64,000 nucleotides of DNA from Alphaproteobacteria bacterium (GTDB taxonomy: Bacteria; Pseudomonadota; Alphaproteobacteria; JBFXJJ01): the NCBI GenBank assembly GCA_050175015.1, contig JBFXJJ010000008.1, positions 1 to 64,000 of the forward strand. The letters are read 5' to 3'. Positions 1 through 10,303 of this stretch are shown here, in pieces; the first letter of the stretch is position 1, and each line of letters opens with the position of its first letter. The notes beneath the pieces are model-generated. The model ran no database searches. It saw only the letters and a list, made by a program, of their open reading frames with translations, and was not told the DNA's origin. The translations under genes were made by a program, and so were the position numbers.

Positions 1-80
1 ATAAAAAATACTAATTGGAGATAAGGAGGTGATAAATAGAAATTTAAAAAAACTTTGCAAGAACAAACCCTGATAAAAAA

Positions 81-127
81 ACGAGGAAGCTTCTAATTAC
101 TAAAGCGGTTTCCTCGTTTGTTTTTTT
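81..127. terminator. Probable intrinsic terminator hairpin downstream of lexA
   Basis: ACGAGGAAGC...GTTTCCTCGT inverted repeat, with an A-run before and a T-run after. Confidence 0.5.
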
Positions 128-298
128 CATAACAAATCTTTAAAACATTCTAATAGAAACAAGCTGTCCTTCATAAAAAATCTATAGCTATGCGGTCTCT
201 GAATAGCTCATTGTTTTTTGCTGCAAAAAATTCTCAACTTTTTGTAAATCAGACAGCGAAATCAAGGTTTCAAGATTTAATTATAGTTAGTTTAACGT

Positions 299-994
299 TT
301 AGTTATAAGTGCGCATTAAGCCGACTAAACGTCCTTGGACGGCAATTCTGTCAGGACCTAAAATCCGTGTTTTATATTGAGGATTAGCAGGCTCAAGAGC
401 TATAGAATCTCCTTTTCTTCTAATCCGTTTAAGTGTTACTTCACTGCTGTCAACCAAGGCGACAACAATAGTTCCGTTCTCAGCGTTTTCGCATTTTTTT
501 ATAATTACAGTGTCGCCATCAAAAATGCCAGCTTCAATCATAGAATCTCCTTCTACAGTCAAAGCGTAATGTTCTCCAGCCCCGACCATATGAGGAGATA
601 CTGAGACCATATCATTATCATTACGCAAGGCTTCAATAGGGGTTCCCGCTGCAATTTTTCCATATAAAGGAAGATTAACCGTTGTAGCTTCTTCGGACAT
701 TAAATTCGTTTCTTTTCCAATCAGGGCTTTAGCTTTTTTTACTTCAGCTAAGTTAGTGAAATTATTTTGTTGCTGAAAGTTTTCAGGCATTTTTAAAATT
801 TCTAAAGCTCTAGCTTTGTTAGGAAGCTTTCTAATAAAGCCTCTCTCTTCTAAAGCTGAGATAAGGCGGTGAATACCTGATTTAGAATGAAGGTTAAGAG
901 CATTCTTCATTTCTTCAAAAGATGGAGATATTCCAAATTGTTTTAAGTGATTGTTGATATAGATTAAGAGCTGATGTTGTTTTTGTGTGAGCAT
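299..994 (-). CDS. lexA: SOS repressor LexA
   Basis: N-terminal wHTH (LTQKQ..PSFEEM), Ala-Gly cleavage site (IAAGTP), catalytic Ser (GDSM) and Lys (TLKR). Confidence 0.97.
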   Translation of the reverse strand: MLTQKQHQLLIYINNHLKQFGISPSFEEMKNALNLHSKSGIHRLISALEERGFIRKLPNKARALEILKMPENFQQQNNFTNLAEVKKAKALIGKETNLMSEEATTVNLPLYGKIAAGTPIEALRNDNDMVSVSPHMVGAGEHYALTVEGDSMIEAGIFDGDTVIIKKCENAENGTIVVALVDSSEVTLKRIRRKGDSIALEPANPQYKTRILGPDRIAVQGRLVGLMRTYN

Positions 995-1042
995 AAAACT
1001 ATTTCCCTTAAAGAGTTGAAATGAAAAAAATCTTCTTCTTTT

Positions 1043-1057
1043 GTTCTAGTTTAGTTC
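1043..1057. promoter_or_regulatory. Alphaproteobacterial LexA (SOS) box
   Basis: GTTC-TAGTTTA-GTTC matches GTTC-N7-GTTC, about 50 bp upstream of the lexA start; a degenerate third half-site CTTC at 1032 is in the same phase. Confidence 0.85.
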
Positions 1058-1851
1058 TAAGAAATAGTCAATAGTTTTTTTGTGGCATCATAAATGTCAT
1101 TATGTTCCATAAGGGATTGACCAATTAAAAATCTTACAGCGCCAACTTTTGACATCTGCTCTAAATCTTTGGGCGTATAAAGACCACTTTCAGAAACAAT
1201 TTTTTTATTCTGAGGAACATATTTTGCAAGTTCTTCTGTAACTGAAATATCTGTTTTTAAAGTTTTTAGATTGCGGTTATTTATACCAATTAAAGGCGTT
1301 TTAAGCTTTAAGGCTCTTTCAAGTTCATCTTTATTGTGGACTTCCACTAAAACATCAAGATTATATTCCATAGCTGCCGCTTCTAATTCTTGTGCTAAGC
1401 TGTCATCTAAAGCTGCCATAATTAATAAAATGCAGTCCGCGCCGATGGCTCTAGCCTCAACAACTTGATAGCTGTCCAGCATAAAGTCTTTTCTAAGGAT
1501 AGGAAGTGAACAAGAATTTTTTGCTTCAATCAGGTAGCTGTCATTTCCAAGAAAAAAGTTGGTTTCAGTCAAAACCGAAAGACAGGCAGCGCCAGCTCTC
1601 TCATATTCTCTTGCAATCAAAGATGGGTTAAAATCTTTTCTTATTAGTCCAGCAGAAGGTGAAGCTTTTTTGATTTCTGCAATAAGAGCATAACGATGGT
1701 TATCGGCAAAATAATCAAGATTTTTGATGAAGCCTCTGACGGGCTCTTGTTCTTTCGCTCTTTTTTCCAAATCAGAGAAAGAAGTTTTGTTTTTACATAG
1801 TTCTACATATTCTTGTTTGCAGACACATATTTTTTTTAAAACATCTTCCAT
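1057..1851 (-). CDS. trpC: Indole-3-glycerol phosphate synthase
   Basis: IAEIKKASPSAG, LSVLTE, LRKDF, GINNRNL and SESG motifs; start placed at MEDVL, just after the trpD stop. Confidence 0.96.
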   Translation of the reverse strand: MEDVLKKICVCKQEYVELCKNKTSFSDLEKRAKEQEPVRGFIKNLDYFADNHRYALIAEIKKASPSAGLIRKDFNPSLIAREYERAGAACLSVLTETNFFLGNDSYLIEAKNSCSLPILRKDFMLDSYQVVEARAIGADCILLIMAALDDSLAQELEAAAMEYNLDVLVEVHNKDELERALKLKTPLIGINNRNLKTLKTDISVTEELAKYVPQNKKIVSESGLYTPKDLEQMSKVGAVRFLIGQSLMEHNDIYDATKKLLTIS

Positions 1852-1858
1852 ATCTAAT

Positions 1859-2890
1859 CTAAACTCTTCCAAAAGAAATATCAGTCATAAGTTTTAAGGT
1901 CTTTAAGGCTTTGCCACTATCTAAGGCATCTCTTGCCTGTTTTACCGCCGCTTTTAAATCGTCTTCCTTACCCGAAACCACAAGCCCTGCGGCAGCATTA
2001 AGAATTACAATATCCTTAAATGGGCACTCTTTGCCGCTGAAAATATCTAAAATAGCTTGAGCATTATATGCCGCATCACCACCTTTTAAATCATTAGAAG
2101 AAACAAGCTTAAATCCATAATCTAAGGGGTTGATTTCAAAATTTTTAATTTTGCCGTCCTTGTATTCCGTAACAAAAGTTTTGCCTGTTGTAGTTATTTC
2201 ATCAAGACCATCTTCACCGTGAACAACCCACGCTTGTTTCGAGCCTAATTTGCCCAAAACGGCAGCAACAGGTTCAACCCAATGTTTGGCAAAGACGCCA
2301 ACAATTTGTCTTTTGGTTTGAGCTGGATTGGCTAGTGGTCCTAAAAGATTAAAAATAGTTCTGGTTTTTAATTCTGTTCTAACTGGGGCAACATATTTCA
2401 TTGCACTGTGATGATTAGGTGCCATCATAAAGCAAATATTAGCTTCTTTTAATGATTTCTGAAGAATAGCTATATCAGCACCAAGGTTAAGTCCAAGAGC
2501 GTTTAAGACATCGGCTGAGCCAGATTTGGAGCTAAGCGCTTTGTTGCCGTGTTTGGCAACAGGAACTCCGCAGGCAGCAATAACGATAGCGGCTGCGGTA
2601 GAGATATTATAAGTTCCAGAGTTGTCTCCTCCTGTTCCGCAGGTATCAATGGCATCATCTGGAGCCGAAATAGTTAAGGCTTTTTGCCTCATTGCTCTGG
2701 TTGCACCCGTGATTTCTTCAACCGTTTCGCCTTTTACTCTAAGCCCCATCAAAAGGGCTGCCATTTTAATTTGAGAAACATCTCCAGACATTATAAGCGA
2801 AAAAATATTTTCAGCATCATTTTCAGTTAAATCTTTTTTGTTAGCTACTTGGTTAATAGCATCATCTATGGGATTATTAGGAGTAATCAT
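1859..2890 (-). CDS. trpD: Anthranilate phosphoribosyltransferase
   Basis: DTCGTGGD, NISTA, KHGN..SSKSGSAD and GLDE motifs. Confidence 0.97.
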   Translation of the reverse strand: MITPNNPIDDAINQVANKKDLTENDAENIFSLIMSGDVSQIKMAALLMGLRVKGETVEEITGATRAMRQKALTISAPDDAIDTCGTGGDNSGTYNISTAAAIVIAACGVPVAKHGNKALSSKSGSADVLNALGLNLGADIAILQKSLKEANICFMMAPNHHSAMKYVAPVRTELKTRTIFNLLGPLANPAQTKRQIVGVFAKHWVEPVAAVLGKLGSKQAWVVHGEDGLDEITTTGKTFVTEYKDGKIKNFEINPLDYGFKLVSSNDLKGGDAAYNAQAILDIFSGKECPFKDIVILNAAAGLVVSGKEDDLKAAVKQARDALDSGKALKTLKLMTDISFGRV

Positions 2891-2904
2891 AAATCAAAGT
2901 GTCC

Positions 2905-3495
2905 TTAAATTTTTGTTTTTTTAATACCTGTTTCTATTAAAAAATTATCGAGCATTTGATGACCGCATTCCGAGGCAATACTTTCGGGGTGAAACTGAAC
3001 GCCATAAATAGGAAGCTCTTTATGTTTTAGCCCCATAATCATACCATCATCAAGCCAGGCGCTTACTTCCAAGCAGTCGGGTAGAGTTTTTCTTTCAACA
3101 ATAAGCGAATGATAACGGGTAGCTTTAAGCGGAGTTTTTAAGTTCTTAAACAAACCATTTTGATTATGATTAATATTATGAACTTTACCGTGAACACACT
3201 TATCAGCTCTAATAACTTTACCGCCGAACGCTTGACCAATAGATTGATGACCTAAGCAGACACCAATAAGGGGCATTTTTTCCTTTGCCGATTCTTTTAT
3301 CAATTCAAGACAGATGCCAGCGGTATCAGGATTGCAAGGCCCTGGCGATATTATAATCCCTTCTGGTTTAAGAGCCATCGCTTCCGCAACGGACAAAGCA
3401 TCATTACGATAAATAACAGGTTCGAAACCTAATTCACCAAAATAATGCCAAAGGTTATATGTAAAGCTGTCGTAATTGTCGATTAATAGTAACAT
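2905..3495 (-). CDS. trpG: Anthranilate/aminodeoxychorismate synthase component II (glutamine amidotransferase)
   Basis: [19 protein letters not shown] and QFHPES motifs; adjacent to trpD. Confidence 0.93.
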   Translation of the reverse strand: MLLLIDNYDSFTYNLWHYFGELGFEPVIYRNDALSVAEAMALKPEGIIISPGPCNPDTAGICLELIKESAKEKMPLIGVCLGHQSIGQAFGGKVIRADKCVHGKVHNINHNQNGLFKNLKTPLKATRYHSLIVERKTLPDCLEVSAWLDDGMIMGLKHKELPIYGVQFHPESIASECGHQMLDNFLIETGIKKTKI

Positions 3496-3628
3496 CTTAA
3501 AAAAATCCTAAAAAAGTTATAGCAATAATGACGTTATTAGCTATTATGGTCAAGGATAGATAGAATTTAGGAATAAATTTTTTGCACCACAGTTTATAAA
3601 TACGGCATTAAATTTAAAAAAATTACGA

Positions 3629-4858
3629 ATGAATATTTTTAACAGTAAATCAAGAAAACGATTTTCGGAAAAGAAGCGAAGTCCTTTGATTTGGCACTTT
3701 AGCAGATTTAAGCTGTTTTTGCTTTATTTTCTTATGTTTTTTGCGGTTTCTGGTAATTTTATTGCCAGTATTTTTATTTATCGTAAAAGTTTTAATGAGA
3801 ACTATATAAGCAAAATTGCAACAGCCAACGCTGCCAACCTTTTTGACAGCAAATTTGCTGCCGAAGCAAATATCTGGGGCAGACCTGATGATGTTGATAT
3901 TAAATCGTTGATTTGTGAACCATATCCCAAGTATCAAAATGATATTAATAATTTTTCGGAACTGGAAACAACCAAGGTTTGGGGCAAAGATGATGTAACT
4001 AAAAGACCAGATTTGCCGAATAAAGATAAAAAAATAGAATCTTTTAATATTGGTGAAATTAAAGTTTCAGCCTATAAGCCGATTGAGAAAAAAACAAATA
4101 TTGTTAAAAACCTTGAACCTCTGTGGAAGCTTAATTCCGTTGCGGTTTCAGACCAAATTACTCAAAAGCATTTTGTAGCAATTATTATTGATGACTTGGG
4201 CATAGATAAAAAAAGAACATCAAAAATAATTAACTTGCCGGCCGTTATAACGACATCTTTTCTGACATATACTAACAATTTGCAAGATGCTGTCGATTTA
4301 GCTAAGCAAAAGGGACATGAAATTATGCTTCACGTTCCAATGGAACCTAAAGATAGAGGCTATGATCCAGGTCCCGATGCCTTGATGGTTTCAATGAATA
4401 AAGATGAAATAAAAAATAATTTAGATGCGATGTTAAACAAAATTGATGGTTATGTTGGAATAAATAATCATATGGGAAGCAAATTTACATCTGATTCTAA
4501 TGCTATGAATATTGTTATTAACGATCTTTCAGATAGAGGTCTTCTTTTTATTGATTCTATGACATCTGCAGGTTCCATAGGATTAACTTTGGCTGATAAG
4601 AAAGGCGTTCCTTCAGCACCACGCAATATCTTTTTAGACAATCTTCCTGGTGAAGAATATGCTTTAAGGCAATTAAAAAAACTAGAAGATATGGCATTAA
4701 CCAACGGCTATGCGGTAGGTATCGGACACCCTCGAGATGGAACCATAACCGCTCTTGCCAAATGGCTTGAAAATGTTAATGAAAAAGACATAGCGGTTGT
4801 TCCTGTAAGTTATATTGTTACGTATCGTAATTACCCGTCAGAATTTGCTTTAAAATAA
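3629..4858 (+). CDS. Divergent polysaccharide deacetylase (YibQ/DUF610 family), membrane anchored
   Basis: AIIIDDLG, HVPMEP, NNHMGS, FIDS and IGHP motifs; N-terminal TM helix. Confidence 0.9.
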   Translation: MNIFNSKSRKRFSEKKRSPLIWHFSRFKLFLLYFLMFFAVSGNFIASIFIYRKSFNENYISKIATANAANLFDSKFAAEANIWGRPDDVDIKSLICEPYPKYQNDINNFSELETTKVWGKDDVTKRPDLPNKDKKIESFNIGEIKVSAYKPIEKKTNIVKNLEPLWKLNSVAVSDQITQKHFVAIIIDDLGIDKKRTSKIINLPAVITTSFLTYTNNLQDAVDLAKQKGHEIMLHVPMEPKDRGYDPGPDALMVSMNKDEIKNNLDAMLNKIDGYVGINNHMGSKFTSDSNAMNIVINDLSDRGLLFIDSMTSAGSIGLTLADKKGVPSAPRNIFLDNLPGEEYALRQLKKLEDMALTNGYAVGIGHPRDGTITALAKWLENVNEKDIAVVPVSYIVTYRNYPSEFALK

Positions 4859-4877
4859 ATTTTAAGAAAAAACATAA

Positions 4878-6245
4878 ATGAATTGCCAAGGTTTTATAAA
4901 ACAAAAATTAATAAGCCATATTAAAGAAACCTTAAGACTGGCTTTGCCGTCAGCAATAGCTAGGGCAGGAATAGTTACTATGGGCGTTGTTGATACGGTT
5001 ATGGTTTCTCGTTATTCTACTATGGAGCTGGCATATTTTGGCATTTCAAACTCCATAGTTATGCTTTTGGTTGTTGTCATTATAAGCCTAACAACCGGGA
5101 TTCCTGTTGTTTGTTCGCAAGAATATGGCGCTGGCAATTATAAAAGATGTTTGGAAACGTGGTTTTCGAGCCTGCCATATTGTATTATTATTGGACTTAT
5201 TTCGATAGTTGTATGCTTTTTTGCAGATAAGATTTTAATATTATCTGGTCAGGATTATGATATTGCAGAGAAAGCTGGAGATGTTTCTAAAGTTTTTGCC
5301 TACAGTTTTCCTTTTATCATTATTTATGTTTGTTCTGCAGGTTTTTTAGAAGGCATAAAAAGACCGAGTTATGCTATGGTTGTTATCTTTGTAGCTAACC
5401 TTTTTAATGTTTTTTTTAATTGGGTTTTTATTTATGGCAAGTTTGGTTTTAAGCCAATGGGGGCGGTTGGAGCTTCTTGGGCAACCGTTGTAAATCGAGG
5501 CGTGGTAGCTTTTTTGATGCTTGCGTATATTCTGCCAATGATGAAAGGTCATAATTTTAATTGGAAACATGCGTTTAGAGTTTTTGATAAAAAAAATCAA
5601 AAAATGAGAAGAATAGGTTATGGCGCAGCATTTTCGAAAGGTTCTGAAGTAATAGCATTTTTTATTGTTACGATGTTTGCCGGATACTTAGGAACAATGG
5701 CGTTGGCAACGTTTTCAATAGCAAATAACTTAATAGGCTTTTTTTATATGATTTCGGCAGGATTTGCAGCGGCAGCAACGGTCAGAGTTGGGATTGCTGC
5801 AGGTCGTAAAGATAGCTGTGACGTTGCTTTTGCTGGTTGGACGGCATTGTTTGTTAATTTAGGAATAATGCTTGTTTTAAGTTTCTTTGTTAATGCCTTA
5901 TCTGAGCCGATAACTGCGGTTTATACCAAAGATGTAGAGCTAATTCCTATGGCGAAAAAGGTTATTGATTTTGCAGGCTGGATTATAATAGTAAATGGCG
6001 GTCAATTTATCGCCGCAAGTGCTTTAAGAGGCAGAGGCGATGTTTTAATTCCAGCTATTATTCAAGCCTTGTGTTCCTTAGTTTTAATGAGTGTTGGAGC
6101 TTGGGTGTTAGCGTTTAATCTTGGTTTAGGTGTTACGGGGCTTTTGTTTGGTATGATGATTGCTAATTTTATTGCCACAATCATCTTAGCGGCAAGATTT
6201 AGCTATCTCTCAAAAAAAGATAGCTTGTCAGAAACATTTTTATAA
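4878..6245 (+). CDS. MATE family efflux transporter
   Basis: LALP..VDTVMV and FNWVFIYGKFG..MGAVGA..AT motifs; about 12 hydrophobic segments. Confidence 0.92.
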   Translation: MNCQGFIKQKLISHIKETLRLALPSAIARAGIVTMGVVDTVMVSRYSTMELAYFGISNSIVMLLVVVIISLTTGIPVVCSQEYGAGNYKRCLETWFSSLPYCIIIGLISIVVCFFADKILILSGQDYDIAEKAGDVSKVFAYSFPFIIIYVCSAGFLEGIKRPSYAMVVIFVANLFNVFFNWVFIYGKFGFKPMGAVGASWATVVNRGVVAFLMLAYILPMMKGHNFNWKHAFRVFDKKNQKMRRIGYGAAFSKGSEVIAFFIVTMFAGYLGTMALATFSIANNLIGFFYMISAGFAAAATVRVGIAAGRKDSCDVAFAGWTALFVNLGIMLVLSFFVNALSEPITAVYTKDVELIPMAKKVIDFAGWIIIVNGGQFIAASALRGRGDVLIPAIIQALCSLVLMSVGAWVLAFNLGLGVTGLLFGMMIANFIATIILAARFSYLSKKDSLSETFL

Positions 6246-6370
6246 TCGGTTTTTGGGATAAATATTAAAATAAATCATTTCTCTAAAATTTTTTGATGAC
6301 CTTAGCCGAAAAACACTATAAATTGTTAATAAATTAATTTATGAGCACATTATCTTGTTGGAGATTTAGA

Positions 6371-8467
6371 ATGAAAGCCGTCTTAAAGGCTGTTAGTTTT
6401 ATGACATTTTTCTGCTTATGGTCTTGCAAAACTAGCGTTGAACCGCTTAGTGATTGGGATCGTGCAGTCAGAGTTGACAGCGATGTCAGAGCAATTCTAG
6501 AAGAGCAGTCAAGCCGCAAGATTGAAAAGCCTATTACGCTCTATGATGCGATGGCTTATGCTTTAAAATATAATATGGACAGGCGCTTAAATCTTCTTAA
6601 AGAAGCCCTTGCGGTCAAAAACTATAATATAAACGAGCTTAATGCCTTGCCATCTGTTGCCGTGAATGCAGGTTTTAAAGCAAGGAGCAATGATTCAGCA
6701 TATCGTTTTAAAACAGACAGCGGTGATAGCGGAACCCTTTATCAGTCAAAGAGACCGATTGGAACTGCAGATGTTCAGGTGGCTTGGAATATTCTTGATT
6801 TTGGTATGAGCTATTATCAGGCAAAACAAGATTCTGCTGAAGGTCTAATTATCAGGGAAAATAGGCGCAAAATTATTCATAACTTGCTTCAAGATGTAAG
6901 AAGTGGTTACTGGAAAGCTTTAACGGCACAAAGAACTATTCCTGATATTGATGTCCTTCTTGAAAACATTGTTATTGCTGTTGAGAAGCTTGAAATCGAA
7001 GAAAAAGAAATCAACGAAGCCGATGCTGTTGCCGCTGATAACAGCGATACCGGCGGAGAAGATACAAAGAGCGATGAAGTAAAAGAAAGCCAAGAAGTTG
7101 AAAGCGGCAAGACATCATTGCAAAAAAGAGCAGAACTTCTTGAGGCTATGAGAGACTTAAGAGCGTTAAAACAGCAGCTGCAAGAAGATTTAAATAATTT
7201 TACTGATATTATAGGACTGCTTCCAGGGGCCAAGTTTACATTAGTTGGACCAGAACGAGGTAATTTTACTCTGCCTTCAATTAAAACCAAATTGGCAAGA
7301 ATTGAATGGCTCTCATTAATGAATAGGCCTGAGCTTAGAGTCAAAGATTACGAAGGTATCGTAAATAGCTTTGAGGTTAGGAAAGCTATTCTAAGCGTAT
7401 TTCCAGAATTAGAGATGGTTGGAGCTGTAAGTTATGAAGACAATCCATTGTTGTTTAATAAAACTTGGGCGGAAATTGCTTTCAAAATGGGGCTTAATCT
7501 TTTAAACCCTGCAAAATTAAAGGCAAAGGCTGAAAAAGCTAAGGTTCAAGAAGAAATTAGTGCTATGGAAAGAGAAGCCATGACTATGGGTGTTTTAACT
7601 CAAGTTCATCTTGCTTGGGGACGTTATATGGCGACTAGAGATAATTATGAAATAGAAGAAGAAATATCAAAAGTTGTTAATCGTTTAGCAGAAAAGAGCG
7701 CCCAAGAAATTTATAAGAATGAAATCTATGATCCTGATATTATTGATGCTGCGGCTAAGGCGCTATTGGCAACTGTTAGAAAAGATATCGCGTTTGCTGA
7801 TTTGCAAGATGCAACAGGTGATGTCTTTGTTACAATCGGTTTAGATCCTTTTCCTGATCACTTAACCAACCAGCCAATCGATAAAATTTCCAAAGTATTA
7901 TCAGATGTTATGACGGCATGGAATCAGGGAAGGTTCACTCCAGAAGATATGCCAAAACCTGTTCCGGTTCCAACAAAAAGACCTTCGGTATATGTCGGAG
8001 ACTTACCAGAAGTTACAATATCAGAGGCGGAAATTTTAGTTTATAAAATCCCAGAAAGTATTTTTGATACTGCGCAATTAGGCGATGAGGTTATGTATAC
8101 CGCTTCATTATCAAACGGCTCTCCTTTGCCTAGGTGGCTTTATTTTGATGCGATATCATGCACATTTTCAGGGCAGCCTAAATATTATATTGGTAAGCAT
8201 GAGATAAGAGTTACGGCTCACAACAATAAGGGTGAAACGGCACACATTAATTTTAATCTTAATGTTAGAAAAGCGTATGTTCCCAGAGTTGATATTCCTG
8301 GCTCTAGAATTGGCAGCAGGGTTATGGTTATAGATCATTGCGGTACTGGTGATACGTGTGAAAATTACAGTGTAACAAAACACCGTGAAGTGCCAAGAAG
8401 AGTGATGATAACTCCTACGGTCAAACAAGAAAATTCTGTAGAATTTAATAACGGTGAGCAGCAATAA
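6371..8467 (+). CDS. TolC-family outer-membrane lipoprotein with C-terminal cadherin-like/Ig (He_PIG-type) domain
   Basis: Lipobox LWSC; AMAYALKYN, WNILDFG and NRPEL outer-membrane efflux protein (OEP) motifs; YTASLSNGSPLPRWLYFD..TFSGQP Ig-like motif. Confidence 0.75.
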   Translation: MKAVLKAVSFMTFFCLWSCKTSVEPLSDWDRAVRVDSDVRAILEEQSSRKIEKPITLYDAMAYALKYNMDRRLNLLKEALAVKNYNINELNALPSVAVNAGFKARSNDSAYRFKTDSGDSGTLYQSKRPIGTADVQVAWNILDFGMSYYQAKQDSAEGLIIRENRRKIIHNLLQDVRSGYWKALTAQRTIPDIDVLLENIVIAVEKLEIEEKEINEADAVAADNSDTGGEDTKSDEVKESQEVESGKTSLQKRAELLEAMRDLRALKQQLQEDLNNFTDIIGLLPGAKFTLVGPERGNFTLPSIKTKLARIEWLSLMNRPELRVKDYEGIVNSFEVRKAILSVFPELEMVGAVSYEDNPLLFNKTWAEIAFKMGLNLLNPAKLKAKAEKAKVQEEISAMEREAMTMGVLTQVHLAWGRYMATRDNYEIEEEISKVVNRLAEKSAQEIYKNEIYDPDIIDAAAKALLATVRKDIAFADLQDATGDVFVTIGLDPFPDHLTNQPIDKISKVLSDVMTAWNQGRFTPEDMPKPVPVPTKRPSVYVGDLPEVTISEAEILVYKIPESIFDTAQLGDEVMYTASLSNGSPLPRWLYFDAISCTFSGQPKYYIGKHEIRVTAHNNKGETAHINFNLNVRKAYVPRVDIPGSRIGSRVMVIDHCGTGDTCENYSVTKHREVPRRVMITPTVKQENSVEFNNGEQQ

Positions 8468-8626
8468 ATTTAAGAGCCGTTGGCATTTAATTTAGCCTTG
8501 TGATTTTGATTTTGGTAAAAGCGAAAGCAAAGCTTTTGATATTGTTAAGGTAGATATAATAAATGCAAAATACTCTAAAATTATAACATCGTGTAAATTA
8601 TATAACAAAAATCTCTGAGCATCATA

Positions 8627-9376
8627 ATGTTAGAAAAAATCTATATTGTTATTCGCTTTTTGATTATTTTTATCAAAGATTTAATCTTTAGCGTTATTAA
8701 AGATTCTTTAGAATTTATGTTTGATTTTGGAAAAGACTTGCTTTTTGCTCTTAAAACGCCGGCGATAATTGCGGTTTTGTTTGTTTCTGTTGTTACGTTC
8801 TATAGCGATAATGACCATTTTTTTGATACAACATACTTTAGTGCAACTTTAATATGTTTTGTGATTTTTGCTGTCATAAAATTTATTGTTGTTTCTGATA
8901 ATAATCGTGAGCCATATACTAAAAAAGATTTTTATGACGATCAGCAATACCTTGTTGCACATTCTTATTTTAAGGTTCAATACTTCTTAAATAATAAAGA
9001 ATTTCAACTGCTTAATATTCTTGATGATATAATTGAGAAAATTAACAAAGAGCAAAATAAAAAATTAAGAGTTTTTGCTCAAACGTCACTTGGAGAAGTA
9101 TTGGATTCACCAAGAAAAGAGGCTTATTATGCGATTAATTCAAAAAGAGTTGATTTTTTAATCGTCGATTTAGATACAAGAAAATCTGTTTTAGCTATCG
9201 AATTTAATGGTTCTGGACATTATAATAATTATTATAAACAACGAGATAAAGTTAAACAACTTGCTTTAGAAAAAGCCCGAATAAGCTTTTTAGGTTTGAC
9301 TGATAACGATTTAAAAAATCCCAATTCAATTAGTCTAAAAATCAATAGCTTAAGCTTTATAAACAATAAGCATTAA
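8627..9376 (+). CDS. DUF2726 (PD-(D/E)XK-like) membrane protein
   Basis: FAQTSLGE, SKRVDFLI..AIEFNGSGH and RDKVK motifs; two N-terminal TM helices. Confidence 0.8.
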   Translation: MLEKIYIVIRFLIIFIKDLIFSVIKDSLEFMFDFGKDLLFALKTPAIIAVLFVSVVTFYSDNDHFFDTTYFSATLICFVIFAVIKFIVVSDNNREPYTKKDFYDDQQYLVAHSYFKVQYFLNNKEFQLLNILDDIIEKINKEQNKKLRVFAQTSLGEVLDSPRKEAYYAINSKRVDFLIVDLDTRKSVLAIEFNGSGHYNNYYKQRDKVKQLALEKARISFLGLTDNDLKNPNSISLKINSLSFINNKH

Positions 9377-9488
9377 ACTGTTAAACAAATTATATCGATA
9401 AGTTTGTAGAGCAGATATAAATTTGGTATTTTTAGTAATCATAAAAGAACGTTGCCGTCGGGATAAGTCTTCCTGTTTGCTGCATATA

Positions 9489-9504
9489 TGGCACGATTTT
9501 TGCA
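9489..9504 (+). promoter_or_regulatory. Sigma-54 (-24/-12) promoter
   Basis: TGGCAC-GATTT-TTGCA is a perfect consensus, about 40 bp upstream of the SLT gene. Confidence 0.8.
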
Positions 9505-9546
9505 TATAAGTTGTTATGTGTTTAACCCGTGTTTAATAAAATAGCT

Positions 9547-10239
9547 ATGTTGAAGTTTCTTTCTTTATTATCTTTGTTTATGTTATGCCTAATTCCGCCA
9601 GCATTTTCTGACGAAAATCTTTGTGCGATTGAAACTAGTTATTATGAAAGAAAATTTGAAATCCAACACTCGCTTTTAACAGCAATATCAGTTGTTGAAT
9701 CAGGTAAGTGGAGTTTAGAAAAACAGGCTAATACAGCGTGGCCGTGGACAGTTAATGCTGAGGGGCAGGGAATGTTTTTTGCCTCAAAACAAGAGGCGAT
9801 TGATGCGGTAAAAAAACTTCAGGCAAAAGGGATAGAAAGTATCGATGTTGGTTGCATGCAGATTAATCTGAAATATCACCCTGATGCGTTTAAATCATTG
9901 GAAGAAGCATTTTCGCCTTCTGCTAATGTTGCTTATGGAGCTTCATTTATAAAAAAATTATATGAACAGTATGGTTCTTGGTATGTCGCAGCTAAGCATT
10001 ATCATTCTTCGTTAGATGAAAAAAACGTTGTTTATGGAAATAAAATTCTTGCGGCTTTTGACAATCTTACCGAAGGGGATAAAGCTTTAGAAGCTAAACA
10101 CAGTACGTTTAAACAAAGCGCTAAAAAAGACAAATTCAAAAAAGAGGCTGATAATTATCGCGCTCGTATGCTTGATAAATATATGAAAGCAAAAGAGCAG
10201 AAAATGTCAGGAACTGCTAAGAAAAATGGTTCTGTTTAG
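9547..10239 (+). CDS. Lytic transglycosylase (SLT domain; PleA/SltF-like)
   Basis: Signal peptide; AISVVESG catalytic Glu, WPWTVN, IDVGCMQIN and YHS motifs. Confidence 0.9.
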   Translation: MLKFLSLLSLFMLCLIPPAFSDENLCAIETSYYERKFEIQHSLLTAISVVESGKWSLEKQANTAWPWTVNAEGQGMFFASKQEAIDAVKKLQAKGIESIDVGCMQINLKYHPDAFKSLEEAFSPSANVAYGASFIKKLYEQYGSWYVAAKHYHSSLDEKNVVYGNKILAAFDNLTEGDKALEAKHSTFKQSAKKDKFKKEADNYRARMLDKYMKAKEQKMSGTAKKNGSV

Positions 10240-10303
10240 TTTTTTTGCCGCAAAAGTTTAGTCCGCAAACAATGGTTTTCAAATTTATAAAAGAACCTAA
10301 TTC

